The notes: generated by a model not told the origin, from the sequence alone. DNA of 64,000 nt from Micrococcales bacterium (GCA_032127075.1 JAQAZZ010000008.1:7724-71723); one strand, 5' to 3'; positions 13,115 through 25,760 are shown, counted from the stretch's first letter. Numbers and translations: made by a program.

Positions 13115-14116
13115 CTAGGACGCGGGCGAAGACTGCAGTTCCGCACCGCGGCTTCGCCCCGGTTCCCCGCCGGGTTCGGCGGAGCCTCGCCGGCGCAGCG
13201 ACATCCGCAGCCGCAGGACGCCGATCCATATCAGGCAGGCGAGCAGCATGTGGACCGCGACGGCCAGCCACGGCAGCCCCGTGAAAAGCTGCAGGTAGCC
13301 CACGGCGCCGTTGGCGACTGTGATCACGGCCAGCAGCCACGCCCGTCGCCGGGCCTGGAGCGGTGCCGCCACCAGGTGCAGCGCCAAGACCAGGCCGACC
13401 AGCAGCCCGACGAACAGGAACACGGTGTCGGCGTGAATCCACGCAGCCACCCGTTGGTCGATCCCGAACCGGTGGCTGACGTCGGCGTCGCCGGAGTTCG
13501 GGCCGCTGCCGGTCACCACCGTCCCCAGGGTGATGATGACCAACGCCAGGAGGACCAAGGCGTCGCTCAGACGGCGCAACTCGGCGCGGACCAGCGGTGT
13601 GACCGGCTGATCGCCGTCATCGCGGGCGCGCTCCACAAGCACGGTTGTCCCGGCGATGATGGCTATCGACAGCAGGAAGTGGCCGGCCACGACGGCCGGG
13701 TGGAGGCCCGTCAGCACAGTGATGCCCCCCAGGACGGCCTGCGCCAGTGTGCCGATGAAGGGGACGGCTGCCAGCAGCAGCAGGGGGCGCCGGGCAGCGC
13801 CGCCGGACGACCTGACCCGCTTCGCCCACGCCAGGGCGCCGACTACCGCCGCAAGCGCCAGCGCCGCGAGCACGAAGGTGAGGGTCCGGTTGCCGAACTC
13901 CACGAGTTTGTGCCACGACTCCTCCTGTCGGGAGGTGGGGAGCAGCGACCCGTCGACACACTCCGGCCACGTCGGACAGCCCAGACCCGATCCCGTCAAC
14001 CGGACCAAGCCGCCGGTGACCACGATTCCCACCTGTGCCACGAGATTGGCCCGGAAGATGTTCAGCAACCACCGCGGCGCCGCACCGTGGTGGACCAAGG
14101 GTCGCGTTTCGGTCAC
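13115..14116 (-). CDS. ctaA: Heme A synthase (COX15/CtaA family)
   Basis: Motif GGLVRLTGSGLGCPTWPEC, multiple TM segments, and His residues in TM helices. The GTG start forms a GTGA overlap with the upstream phosphatase stop. Confidence 0.85.
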   Translation of the reverse strand: MTETRPLVHHGAAPRWLLNIFRANLVAQVGIVVTGGLVRLTGSGLGCPTWPECVDGSLLPTSRQEESWHKLVEFGNRTLTFVLAALALAAVVGALAWAKRVRSSGGAARRPLLLLAAVPFIGTLAQAVLGGITVLTGLHPAVVAGHFLLSIAIIAGTTVLVERARDDGDQPVTPLVRAELRRLSDALVLLALVIITLGTVVTGSGPNSGDADVSHRFGIDQRVAAWIHADTVFLFVGLLVGLVLALHLVAAPLQARRRAWLLAVITVANGAVGYLQLFTGLPWLAVAVHMLLACLIWIGVLRLRMSLRRRGSAEPGGEPGRSRGAELQSSPAS

Positions 14117-14928
14117 GGATCCAGGGTACGCGGGACGGGTCGGGCCTTCGCCGCCGCGCCGACCAGCAGTCGCCGCGCGAGCCGTTCCCGGAAGTCAGCG
14201 GGCAGGCCGAGACCGGACGTCAGGTATCGATCGAGGGAGCCGAACTCGGCAGCCATCGCGGCCAGTGACGCTTCGAGGTACTCGGGGAAGACGGCCAGCG
14301 CCACATCGAGGCCGGAAACATCGCCCCCTTCTGCTTCGACCAGTTCACGGTACGGCGCGAACAACGCGGCGACTTCGGGGCCGCTGGCCAGGTAGTCGGA
14401 CATCACATCGTCGATATCCACGTTCAGGCTGAGCAGCACCAGCGCCGCGACCCAGCCTGTCCGGTCCTTGCCTGCCGTGCAGTGGATCAGGACCGGTCCG
14501 GCGGCGGGTTCGGCAAGGTCCACGAGCAGGCGACCCGTCTCGCGGCGCGAGCTGGACAGGGTGACGAACGACCGGTACCCGTGCAGGAAGATCGCGCGCA
14601 GGTCGCGCGCAGTGACGTTGCGCTCCTGCGGTGAGAGGGCTGCTGTGGCGATCCGGCCCAGGGTCGCCGGTCCATCCTCCGGTTCGTCGGCGAGGAGGTC
14701 GGCTGTCCTGACGCGACTGGCCGCGGGTACCGCCGCCGGTCGGTGCTCCCGCTCGGCTGCGGTACGCAGGTCGTAGACGTCGCTCACCGCCAGGGCGTCG
14801 AGTGCCGCGGCGTGAGCGGGCTCGGTCGGTGCGGCCGAGCGGAACAGGAGTCCGCTGGCGACGGCCGCACCGGAGCGGGTGCGGATGCCGCCGAGGTCAC
14901 GTCCGTTGGGCAGCGCGGCGATGCTCAC
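14113..14928 (-). CDS. Protein tyrosine/serine phosphatase (Y_phosphatase3-like, CX5R active site)
   Basis: Start trimmed from track ORF 14113..15633 to GTG 14928 (VSIAALPNGRDLGG). Active-site loop is VLIHCTAGKDRTGW. GTGA overlaps occur at both ends, with the ABC-2 permease stop and the ctaA start. Confidence 0.75.
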   Translation of the reverse strand: MSIAALPNGRDLGGIRTRSGAAVASGLLFRSAAPTEPAHAAALDALAVSDVYDLRTAAEREHRPAAVPAASRVRTADLLADEPEDGPATLGRIATAALSPQERNVTARDLRAIFLHGYRSFVTLSSSRRETGRLLVDLAEPAAGPVLIHCTAGKDRTGWVAALVLLSLNVDIDDVMSDYLASGPEVAALFAPYRELVEAEGGDVSGLDVALAVFPEYLEASLAAMAAEFGSLDRYLTSGLGLPADFRERLARRLLVGAAAKARPVPRTLDP

Positions 14929-15701
14929 GATGTCCAGCGGAACCAGCGGTGCACCACGCCGGCACCCGCCCCGGCCCAGGCGAGGAGCACGAGGCAGGAC
15001 GCCGCGACCGATCCGAGATCCACGCTGGTGGACATGGCCGACCGGAGCCCGTCGGCGAGGGCTGCGGACGGCAGCACGGAGATGAACGCCGCCCACGGGC
15101 CGGGGAGGCTGCTGGTGGGGATGATCACTCCGCCGGCGAGCAGCAGAAGCACGTACACCGCGTTGGCCGCCGCCAGAGTCGCCTCGGCCCGCAGGATTCC
15201 CGCCAGCGCCAGCCCGAGGGCCGCGAACGCCAGCGTACCCAGCGCCAGGACGGGGACCGCTGCGATGGCCGTGCCGGAGGTGCGCCAGCCGAGCAGCAGC
15301 GCGACGGCACCGATCACCGAGATCTGCAGGACCTGGATCCCGAGCACCGCGAGCGACTTGGCCAACAGCAGGCCGGTGCGGGACAGCGGCGTCGTCCCCA
15401 GGAACTTGATGGCCTCGGAGCGCCTGTCGAATCCGGTGCTGATCGCCAATGCGGTGAAGGCGCTGGACATGACCGCCAGCGCGATGACTCCCGGCACCAG
15501 GATGTCGAGGCGGTCGGCCCGGGTCTGCACACCGAGGGAGACGAAACTGGTCAGCGACAGGCCCACCAGCAGGACGACGGGAATGACCAGGGTCAGCAGG
15601 ATCTGCTCCCCGTTGGCCATCATCAGACGCCATTCCAACCCGGCCTGGGACGTGACGATCCGCGCCGGGGCGGCGGTCCCGCCGCGGGCGGCGATGCTCA
15701 T
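14925..15701 (-). CDS. ABC-2 type transporter permease
   Basis: Start trimmed from track ORF 14925..16034 to ATG 15701 (MSIAARGG...). About 6 TM segments, 258 aa. ATGA overlap with the ATPase stop. Confidence 0.8.
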   Translation of the reverse strand: MSIAARGGTAAPARIVTSQAGLEWRLMMANGEQILLTLVIPVVLLVGLSLTSFVSLGVQTRADRLDILVPGVIALAVMSSAFTALAISTGFDRRSEAIKFLGTTPLSRTGLLLAKSLAVLGIQVLQISVIGAVALLLGWRTSGTAIAAVPVLALGTLAFAALGLALAGILRAEATLAAANAVYVLLLLAGGVIIPTSSLPGPWAAFISVLPSAALADGLRSAMSTSVDLGSVAASCLVLLAWAGAGAGVVHRWFRWTS

Positions 15702-16720
15702 CGTGCCACCTCCCTGGCCGGGGACGTGAGGTCGAGGAACACCTGTTCCAGGTTGCGCTGCGACACCGTCAACTCCTCGGCGAGGACGCCGCGCTCTGCG
15801 CACCACGCCGTCACCGCGGCGAGTGTCGCCGGCGCGATATCGGAACCAGAGAGCCGATAGCGCCCCGGCAGGTCCTCGCTGAGTTCGAAGCCGCCCGGCA
15901 GGGCCCGTAGGAGCGCAGCCCGTTCCAGGTGGGGTGCGGCGCGGAACCGCAGCGTCTGGCCAGCGGGATCGGCGGTGAGGTCCGCGGTGGTCCCGCTGGC
16001 AACGCACCGGCCCCGGTCCACGATGACGATCCACTCCGAAAGCCGTTCCGCCTCTTCCAGGGAGTGGGTGGACAGCGCAACCGAGGTCCCACTGTTCCGC
16101 AGTTGCTCGATCAGCTCCCAGATCTGCCTGCGGGTACCGGGGTCCAGTCCGGAGCTGGGTTCGTCCAGGATCGCCAGCCTCGGTCGCCCGACGATCGCGC
16201 AGGCGAGTTTCACGCGCTGCTGCTCACCGCCGCTCATCCGCCGGTAGGGCGTGCGGCCGATTCGGTCCAACTGGACCCGCTGGAGCAGGTCCGGCACCGG
16301 CATCGGGTTGCGGTAGAACTTCGCCACATGCCCCACGGCCTGTGCAGCGCTCGCCCCGGACCACACCCCGCCGCGCTGCAGCATGACACCGACATCGGCC
16401 CGTGCTGCTGCATCGGCACGCCAGGGATTGCGGGCGAGTACCGATACCCGGCCGGAGTCCGGGGGCTGCAGACCGGCGCAGATCTCCAGCGCCGTGGTCT
16501 TTCCTGCGCCGTTGGGTCCCAGGATCGCGGTGATGCGGCCGTCGGGCACCGCCAGGGTCAACCCATCGAGTGCGACGGTGTCGCCGTAGGCCTTGCGGAC
16601 GTCCGTGAGATCCACGGCGGGTTGACGAGGTGTCACCGGATCAGTGTACGTAGCGCCGGACGGTGCGGCAGCCTCGCTCGACGTCGAACTGTCTCGACGG
16701 GCGCCGGTGGCGAGAATCAC
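15698..16720 (-). CDS. ABC transporter ATP-binding protein (partner of the ABC-2 permease)
   Basis: Walker [10 protein letters not shown], signature MSGGEQQRV, Walker [13 protein letters not shown]. The start may lie downstream of 16720, for example within the VTPRQ region. Confidence 0.85.
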   Translation of the reverse strand: MILATGARRDSSTSSEAAAPSGATYTDPVTPRQPAVDLTDVRKAYGDTVALDGLTLAVPDGRITAILGPNGAGKTTALEICAGLQPPDSGRVSVLARNPWRADAAARADVGVMLQRGGVWSGASAAQAVGHVAKFYRNPMPVPDLLQRVQLDRIGRTPYRRMSGGEQQRVKLACAIVGRPRLAILDEPSSGLDPGTRRQIWELIEQLRNSGTSVALSTHSLEEAERLSEWIVIVDRGRCVASGTTADLTADPAGQTLRFRAAPHLERAALLRALPGGFELSEDLPGRYRLSGSDIAPATLAAVTAWCAERGVLAEELTVSQRNLEQVFLDLTSPAREVAR

Positions 16721-16755
16721 TCTGGCAGCCCCTTTTGCGCCGCCGGGTATTTAGG

Positions 16756-16769
16756 CAACAATGGTGTTG
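16756..16769. promoter_or_regulatory. Candidate SufR operator, perfect CAAC-N6-GTTG palindrome
   Basis: CAACAATGGTGTTG lies in the 48-bp gap between the ABC ATPase gene and sufR. Its last base is the first base of the sufR GTG. The motif equals the SufR site reported for cyanobacteria and, as I recall, Streptomyces. Confidence 0.5.
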
Positions 16770-17503
16770 TGAAAATACCGACCCAAGCCAGCCGCCGGGT
16801 GGCAAGGTCGCTGCTGGTGGATGGTCCGGCCACTGCCCCGGAGTTGGCCGAGAGGCTGGACATGACGCCTGCGGGGGTGCGGCGGCACCTGGACACCCTC
16901 CTTGCAGACGAGCTCATCGAATCGGGCGAGCGACCCGCCTTCGGGCCGTCGCCGTCGCGCGGCCGCGGTCGGCCGCCGCGGGTCTACTCCATCGCAGAGG
17001 CGGGTCGGGAGTTCTTCGAACGCGGCTACGACGACCTTGCGGTGTCGGCGCTGCGCTTCCTGCGCGAAAGCGGCGGCGACGAGGCGGTGGCCCTGTTCGC
17101 CGCCAAGCGTGCGGATGGGATGGAGCAGCGCTACCTTCCGCTGCTGCGCGAAGCAGCGTCGGTGCCGGAACGGGCGAGGCGGTTGGCAGCGGCGCTCGAC
17201 GGCGACGGGTTCGCGGCGTCGGTGTCCCAGCCGCAGGCCACACCCGCCGCCGGCGGGGCTGCCGCGGCCCTGCAGATCTGCCAGCACAACTGCCCCGTGT
17301 CCCACGTCGCCGCGGAGTTCCCCGAACTGTGCCGGGCCGAGACCGACGCCTTCGCCCGGTTGCTCGGCACCAACGCGACCCGCATCGCCACGATCGCCCA
17401 CGGCGACGGTATCTGCACGGCCGTGGTGTCCGGCACCGCTGTCGACGCCCACGACGAGTCTGCCGCCGTTCGACGACGACCCGAGGAGAGGATCACGTCA
17501 TGA
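16769..17503 (+). CDS. sufR: Fe-S cluster biogenesis transcriptional repressor SufR (ArsR/DeoR-like HTH with a C-terminal Cys cluster)
   Basis: Start trimmed from track ORF 15929..17503 to GTG 16769. HTH is [27 protein letters not shown]-terminal cysteines are [19 protein letters not shown]. It lies directly upstream of sufB with an ATGA overlap. Confidence 0.8.
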   Translation: MKIPTQASRRVARSLLVDGPATAPELAERLDMTPAGVRRHLDTLLADELIESGERPAFGPSPSRGRGRPPRVYSIAEAGREFFERGYDDLAVSALRFLRESGGDEAVALFAAKRADGMEQRYLPLLREAASVPERARRLAAALDGDGFAASVSQPQATPAAGGAAAALQICQHNCPVSHVAAEFPELCRAETDAFARLLGTNATRIATIAHGDGICTAVVSGTAVDAHDESAAVRRRPEERITS

Positions 17504-18909
17504 CCAACCCCGCCGACCAGCTTGAAGGTCTCGGCACGTATGAGTACGGCTGGAGCGACACTGACGCCGCCGGCGCCATTGCCCGCCGCGGCCTCAACGA
17601 GGATGTCGTCCGCGACATCAGTGCCAAGAAGGACGAGCCGCAATGGATGCTCGATCTGCGGCTGAAGGGGCTGCGCCTGTTCGAGAAGCAGCCGATGCCC
17701 GCCTGGGGCGCTGATCTGTCGGGCATCGACTTCGACACGATCAAATACTTCGTGCGCTCCACCGAGAAGCAGGCGGCTTCTTGGGAGGATCTGCCCGAGG
17801 ACATCAAGAACACCTACGACAGGCTCGGCATCCCCGAGGCGGAGAAGCAGCGCCTCGTCGCAGGCGTGGCCGCGCAATATGAGAGCGAAGTGGTCTATCA
17901 CAAGATCCGGGAGGACCTCGAGGAGCAGGGAGTCATCTTCCTCGACACCGACACCGCGCTGAAAGAGCACGAAGACGTCTTCAAGGAGTATTTCGCCTCG
18001 GTGATCCCCGCAGGGGACAACAAGTTCGCCGCGCTCAACACCGCCGTATGGTCCGGCGGGTCGTTCATCTACGTGCCCAAGAACGTGCACGTGGAGATCC
18101 CGCTGCAGGCGTACTTCCGCATCAACACCGAGAACATGGGCCAGTTCGAGCGCACCCTGATCATCGTCGACGAGGGTGCCTACGTGCACTACGTCGAAGG
18201 GTGCACCGCGCCGATCTACAGCACCGACTCGCTGCACTCCGCAGTCGTGGAGATCATTGTCCGCGACGGTGCCCGGTGCCGCTACACCACGATCCAGAAC
18301 TGGTCCACCAACGTGTACAACCTGGTGACCAAGCGGGCCCAGGCGCATAGGGGCGCCACCATGGAATGGGTGGACGGCAACCTCGGTTCCAAAGTCACCA
18401 TGAAATACCCGGCTGTCTGGCTGATGGGGGAGCACGCCAAGGGCGAGACCCTCTCAGTCGCCTTCGCCGGGCCGGGCCAGCACCAGGACGCAGGCTCGAA
18501 GATGGTCCACGCGGCGCCGAACACGTCGTCGTCGATCGTCAGCAAGTCGGTGGCCCGCGGTGGCGGCCGCTCGTCCTACCGCGGCCTCGTCCAGGTGCAG
18601 AACAACGCCACCGGGTCGGCCAGCACAGTGCGCTGCGACGCGCTGCTGGTCGACGACATCAGCCGGTCGGACACCTACCCCTACAACGACATCCGCACCG
18701 ACGACGTCTCCATGGGCCATGAGGCCACTGTGAGCCGCGTCAGCGAGGATCAGCTCTTCTACCTGCAATCCCGCGGCATTCCGGAGGACGAGGCCATGGC
18801 GATGATCGTGCGCGGCTTCATCGAGCCGATCGCGCGGGAGCTGCCGATGGAATACGCCCTCGAGCTCAACCGGTTGATCGAGATGCAGATGGAAGGGGCC
18901 GTCGGATGA
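17500..18909 (+). CDS. sufB: Fe-S cluster assembly protein SufB
   Basis: Start trimmed from track ORF 16663..18909 to ATG 17500 ([20 protein letters not shown]). Long conserved blocks include [23 protein letters not shown] and [15 protein letters not shown]. Confidence 0.95.
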   Translation: MTNPADQLEGLGTYEYGWSDTDAAGAIARRGLNEDVVRDISAKKDEPQWMLDLRLKGLRLFEKQPMPAWGADLSGIDFDTIKYFVRSTEKQAASWEDLPEDIKNTYDRLGIPEAEKQRLVAGVAAQYESEVVYHKIREDLEEQGVIFLDTDTALKEHEDVFKEYFASVIPAGDNKFAALNTAVWSGGSFIYVPKNVHVEIPLQAYFRINTENMGQFERTLIIVDEGAYVHYVEGCTAPIYSTDSLHSAVVEIIVRDGARCRYTTIQNWSTNVYNLVTKRAQAHRGATMEWVDGNLGSKVTMKYPAVWLMGEHAKGETLSVAFAGPGQHQDAGSKMVHAAPNTSSSIVSKSVARGGGRSSYRGLVQVQNNATGSASTVRCDALLVDDISRSDTYPYNDIRTDDVSMGHEATVSRVSEDQLFYLQSRGIPEDEAMAMIVRGFIEPIARELPMEYALELNRLIEMQMEGAVG

Positions 18910-20029
18910 CCGTCCCCGCAACCGATCTCGGTCCCCGGCTCTCATCGTTCGACCCAGCGGCCTTCGAGATCCCCTCGGGCCGGGAGGAGGCTTGGCGTTT
19001 CACCCCCATGCGCCGCCTGCGCGGCCTCCATGTCGAAGCCAAGTCCCGTGGCGGGGTCGCCTACCTGCCTGGGGCGGAATCAGCCGATCACGTGGCGGTC
19101 GTGGGCCGCGACGACCCCGCCCTCGCACTGGCCGCACCGCCCACGGATCGCGTATCGGCGCTGGCCTGGTCCGCTTTCGACTCCGCGGCGGTGATCTCGG
19201 TGGGGCCCCGGGAGACTCTCGCGGCACCCGTCGTGCTGACTGTGCGGGCTGAGGGCGGCGAACATAGCTTCGGCCACGTGATCGTCGACGCCGGACCGGA
19301 ATCGGTGTCCACGGTCGTGATCGACCACACCGGAGCGGGGGCCTACGCCGGCGACACCACGGTGCATGTCGCCGACGGCGCCCGCGCGACTGTGGCGGTC
19401 CTGCAGCAGATGGACGACGACGCAGTCCTGGTGGGCAATGTTCGCGCGAGCCTGGGGCGTGACTCGTCGTTGCGCTGCGTGGCGGTCACCCTCGGCGGGG
19501 ACGTGGTCCGGCTGAACACGTCAGTGGCCTACACCGCCCCGGGCGGGGAAGCGGAGTTGCTGGGGGCCTTCTTCGCCACGTCCGGCCAGCACCAGGAGCA
19601 TCGGCTCTTCGTCGACCATTCCGTGCCCGACTGCGCCAGCGAGGTGACCTACAAGGGCGCCCTGGCAGGAGCGAAGACCCACACGGTGTGGGTGGGTGAT
19701 GTGCTCATCCGCGCGGCCGCCACCGGCACCAGCACGTACGAGACCAACCGCAACCTGGTGCTGACCCATGGGGCGCGCGCCGATTCGGTGCCGAACCTGG
19801 AGATCGAGACCGGGGAAGTGGTCGGGGCCGGGCACGCCGCAGCCACCGGGAGGTTCGACGACGAGCAGCTGTTCTATCTGCAGTCCCGGGGCATCCCCGC
19901 GGACGAGGCGCGGCGCCTGGTCGTCCGCGGTTTCTTCGCTGACATCGTCCGTCGCATCGGCGTGGCCGAGGTCGAGGCGCCGTTGATCGCGGCCGTGGAT
20001 CGGGAGTTGTCCGCGATCGGAGCGGGCTC

Positions 20030-20033
<4 letters not shown>
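18906..20033 (+). CDS. sufD: Fe-S cluster assembly protein SufD
   Basis: Motifs [11 protein letters not shown] and [30 protein letters not shown] overlaps on both sides. Confidence 0.9.
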
Positions 20034-22432
<2,399 letters not shown>

Positions 22433-22433
<1 letters not shown>

Positions 22434-22906
22434 TGGATATGCAGGCCATGTACCAGGAGGTGATCCTGGACCACTACCGCAACCCGCACGGTCGCGGCCT
22501 GCGAGACCCCTACGGCGCGGAGGTGTTCCATGTGAACCCCACGTGCGGCGACGAGATCACCCTTCGGGTGGCGCTCGGCGAAGGGGACGACCCGGTCGTC
22601 GAGGACGTCTCGTACTGGAACCAGGGCTGCTCGATCTCGCAGGCCAGCGCCTCGATGCTCTACGACGAGGTCGTGGGCAAGACGGTCTCGCACGCCTTCG
22701 CCGAACTGGACGAGTTCGTGGACCTGATGCATTCCAAAGGGCAGGCAGAGCCGGACGAGGAGGCTCTGGGCGACCTCACGGCCTTCAGCGGTGTCGCCAA
22801 GTACCCCGCGCGGGTGAAGTGTGCGTTGCTGGCGTGGATGGCGCTGCGTGACGCGGTCGAGCAGATCCGTGGCCCCGAAGGGGCGCCGACGAGGGAGAGG
22901 GTATGA
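22433..22906 (+). CDS. sufU: SUF-type Fe-S scaffold / sulfur acceptor SufU (NifU N-terminal family)
   Basis: Start trimmed from track ORF 21581..22906 to ATG 22433. Motifs YQEVILDHYRNPHGRG, NPTCGDEI, GCSISQASASM and KYPARVKCALLAW. Confidence 0.9.
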
Positions 22907-23226
22907 CAGAGCAGACGATCACCACCGTGGACGACGTGATGGAGGCGCTGTACGACGTCGTGGATCCGGAACTGGGGATCAACATCGTCGATCTGGGCCT
23001 CATCTACGGCGCAAGCGTGGATGAGGAGAACCGGGCGATCATCGACATGACGCTGACCTCGGCGGCCTGTCCGCTGACCGATGTCATCGAGGACCAGACC
23101 CGCAACGCGCTCGACGGTGTCGTGGCTGAATTCGTCATCAACTGGGTGTGGATGCCGCCGTGGGGCCTGGACAAGATCACCGACGACGGCCGCGAGATGC
23201 TGCGGGCCCTGGGATTCAACCTCTGA
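22903..23226 (+). CDS. sufT: DUF59/SufT-like Fe-S assembly protein
   Basis: 107 aa. Motifs VVDPELGINIVDLGLIY and MTLTSAACPLTDVI. It is the last gene of the suf chain, with an ATGA overlap. Confidence 0.85.
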   Translation: MTEQTITTVDDVMEALYDVVDPELGINIVDLGLIYGASVDEENRAIIDMTLTSAACPLTDVIEDQTRNALDGVVAEFVINWVWMPPWGLDKITDDGREMLRALGFNL

Positions 23227-23293
23227 GGTGTCCGCCGCGGACCGCGGGCCGGGTTCGGTGGAACGCCGGTGAATGTCCGCGCGTTTGCAGCGG

Positions 23294-23983
23294 CTACCAC
23301 GTGTTGGGGTCGTCGCCGGTGGTCTCAAACGCGGTTCGGCTGTCCAGTTCCAGAATGAGCGCCGGGATCAAGCCCTGGACGAGGTATTCGTAGTCGTCCG
23401 GCGTTCCCACGAGGCGGGTCAGGGTGAACACCCGCCCCCGTCGCTCCTCCTCCAGCTGCACCGACAGCAAGTCGGTGCCGGCCGGATCGACGACGCGCGC
23501 CGTTCCGTCCCGGAGGTTTCGGGCCTTGGCGAGCATCCTTGCGCGGGGGCGGCCGCCCAGCTGCATCGAGATGTTCACCGTGCTCATCGCGCCCACGCCG
23601 TGCCAGCCCACGCGACCGACCTCGGTGTCGCCGGCGAGCAGCAGAGTTCCCTTGAGGCTCTGCTTCACCAGCAACCACAAGGCGTTCTGCATATCCCAGA
23701 CCCCCGCGGTCCGGCCGCCGAATCCCAAGCTCTGTCGGGCCACCTGGCCCACCTGGGTGCCCGCGCGATCCACGATGGGCCACGGGCCCGAACCGAAGCG
23801 GAAGTAGCGCAGATACCCGGATCGCAACCCGAGTCCCGCCTCGCCGGGCGGGGACGGCCACCCCGGTGGGTCCTCGGCCTGCACCCCCCCGTCTGCGACT
23901 GCCGCGGTCCATGCCGAACCGTCCCAATACCGCAGTTCGTGCCGACCGCTGGGGTCGGATTGCCATGACGGGGCCACATCCAC
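23294..23983 (-). CDS. Hypothetical protein with an N-terminal DUF2510-type motif
   Basis: N-terminus WQSDPSGRHELRYWDGSAWT is the DUF2510 signature. The C-terminal ~170 aa is unassigned. Codon third positions are GC-rich in this frame. Confidence 0.7.
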   Translation of the reverse strand: MDVAPSWQSDPSGRHELRYWDGSAWTAAVADGGVQAEDPPGWPSPPGEAGLGLRSGYLRYFRFGSGPWPIVDRAGTQVGQVARQSLGFGGRTAGVWDMQNALWLLVKQSLKGTLLLAGDTEVGRVGWHGVGAMSTVNISMQLGGRPRARMLAKARNLRDGTARVVDPAGTDLLSVQLEEERRGRVFTLTRLVGTPDDYEYLVQGLIPALILELDSRTAFETTGDDPNTW

Positions 23984-24063
23984 GGACCCAGCGTAGGGCC
24001 GTGGACCGCAACCAGCCTCGGGGTCCGTGGTTTCGGGTGACCGCGGTGGGGCATAGTCGGACA

Positions 24064-25659
24064 GTGATCAATGTTGCCGCACTCGAGCTGCGGGCGGGCG
24101 CCCGGTTGCTGCTGGGTGACGCCACCTTCCAGGTGGGCGACGGCGACAAGGTGGGTCTCGTCGGCCGCAACGGCGCCGGCAAGACGACTCTGACCCGCGT
24201 CCTGGCAGGGGAGTCGCTGCCGGCGGGCGGGACAGTCAGCCGATCCGGCGGTGTCGGCTACCTGCCGCAGGATCCGAGTTCCGGCGATCTCGACCAGGTG
24301 GCCCGCGACCGGATCCTGTCGGCCCGCGGCATCCACGAGGCCCGCACCCGGATGCACCGGGCGTCGGAGCGGATGGCCAGCAGCAACGACGAGGCCAGGG
24401 ACAAGGCGATGCGGCGCTACGCCAACGCAGAGGAGGAGTTCGTCCGCCTCGGCGGCTACGCGGCGACGGCGGAGGCGGAGTCGATCGCCAGCAACCTGGG
24501 CCTGCCGGACCGGGCGATGGCCCAGCCGTTGCGGACGCTGTCCGGCGGTCAGCGGCGGCGCGTGGAACTCGCTCGGATCCTTTTCGCAGAGGTGCCGACA
24601 CTGCTGCTCGACGAGCCCACCAACCATCTCGACGCCGACTCGATCCTCTGGCTGCGGGGATTCCTCAAGGCGTTCGACGGTTCGGTCGTGGTGATCAGCC
24701 ACGACGTGGATCTGCTCGCCGCGACGGTCAACCGGGTCTTCCACCTCGATGCCACCCGCGCGGTGCTCGAGATCTACAACACCGACTGGAAGCGATACCT
24801 GAAGCAGCGGGAGGTGGATGAGCGGCGCCGCCGCCGCGAGCAGGCCAACTCCGAGAAGCAGGCGCAGGCCCTGCGCAACCAGGCCGAACGGATGCGCGCC
24901 AAAGCCACGAAAGCGCGCGCAGCCCAGGTGATGCTGAAGCGGGCCGATCGGCTCATGGACGGCGTCGAGGTGCGGCAGGCGGAGCGGGTGGCCCGATTGC
25001 GGCTGCCCAAGCCGGTGCCGTGCGGCCGGGTGCCGTTGACGGCGGCGGAGTTGAGCAAGTACTACGGCTCCCTGGAGGTCTTCACCGATGTGGACCTGGC
25101 GATCGATCGCGGCTCGCGCGTGGTGATCCTCGGCCTCAACGGCGCCGGCAAGACCACCCTGCTGCGCATCCTCGCCGGGGTTGACGACCCGGACACCGGA
25201 AAGGTCGTTCCGGGACACGGGCTGCGCCGCGGCTACTACGCACAGGAGCACGAGCAACTCGATCTCGACGCCAGCGTGTTGGCGAACATGGTGGGTACGG
25301 CGGCGGCCATCGGCGAGCAGCGGGCCCGGGATGTCCTCGGTTCGTTCCTGTTCAGCGGCGACGATGTGGACAAGCCCGCCAGGGTGCTGTCCGGTGGGGA
25401 GAAGACGAGACTCGCGCTGGCGATGCTCGTCGTGTCCGGCGCCAACGTCCTCCTCCTGGACGAGCCGACCAACAACCTCGATCCGGCCAGCCGCGCGGAG
25501 ATCCTCGCGGCCCTGCGGGACTACGAGGGTGCGGTTGTTCTCGTCACGCACGATGAGGGTGCCGTGGCGGCCCTGAGTCCGGAACGTGTGCTGCTGCTCC
25601 CCGACGGCGTGGAGGACCATTGGGGGCCCGACTACTCGGAACTGGTGGCGCTCGCCTGA
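24064..25659 (+). CDS. ABC-F family ATPase (two nucleotide-binding domains, no TM domain)
   Basis: Start trimmed from track ORF 23866..25659 to GTG 24064 (VINVAALELRAG). Walker A GRNGAGKTT and GLNGAGKTT, two LSGG signatures, and a charged linker RREQANSEKQAQALRNQAERMRAKA. Confidence 0.9.
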   Translation: MINVAALELRAGARLLLGDATFQVGDGDKVGLVGRNGAGKTTLTRVLAGESLPAGGTVSRSGGVGYLPQDPSSGDLDQVARDRILSARGIHEARTRMHRASERMASSNDEARDKAMRRYANAEEEFVRLGGYAATAEAESIASNLGLPDRAMAQPLRTLSGGQRRRVELARILFAEVPTLLLDEPTNHLDADSILWLRGFLKAFDGSVVVISHDVDLLAATVNRVFHLDATRAVLEIYNTDWKRYLKQREVDERRRRREQANSEKQAQALRNQAERMRAKATKARAAQVMLKRADRLMDGVEVRQAERVARLRLPKPVPCGRVPLTAAELSKYYGSLEVFTDVDLAIDRGSRVVILGLNGAGKTTLLRILAGVDDPDTGKVVPGHGLRRGYYAQEHEQLDLDASVLANMVGTAAAIGEQRARDVLGSFLFSGDDVDKPARVLSGGEKTRLALAMLVVSGANVLLLDEPTNNLDPASRAEILAALRDYEGAVVLVTHDEGAVAALSPERVLLLPDGVEDHWGPDYSELVALA

Positions 25660-25760
25660 CGCGTGGGTGAAGCGCAGCGTTCGAGTCGCATCCCGCATGT
25701 TGTTGCCGCGATCATGGTCAGCAGGCGCCCGCTCGGGGGCGGGACAGGTAGGAGGTGGCC

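Noticed and set aside
14113-15633. 506-aa ORF suggesting a large phosphatase fusion protein.
   Set aside because: The N-terminal 235 codons overlap the ABC-2 permease gene in another frame and are low-complexity. The phosphatase domain starts at GTG 14928.
16663-18909. 748-aa ORF that looks like a fusion extending sufB upstream across sufR.
   Set aside because: The upstream 279 codons are in a different frame from the real sufR and translate to Arg/Gly-rich junk. The conserved SufB N-terminus begins at ATG 17500, which overlaps the sufR stop.
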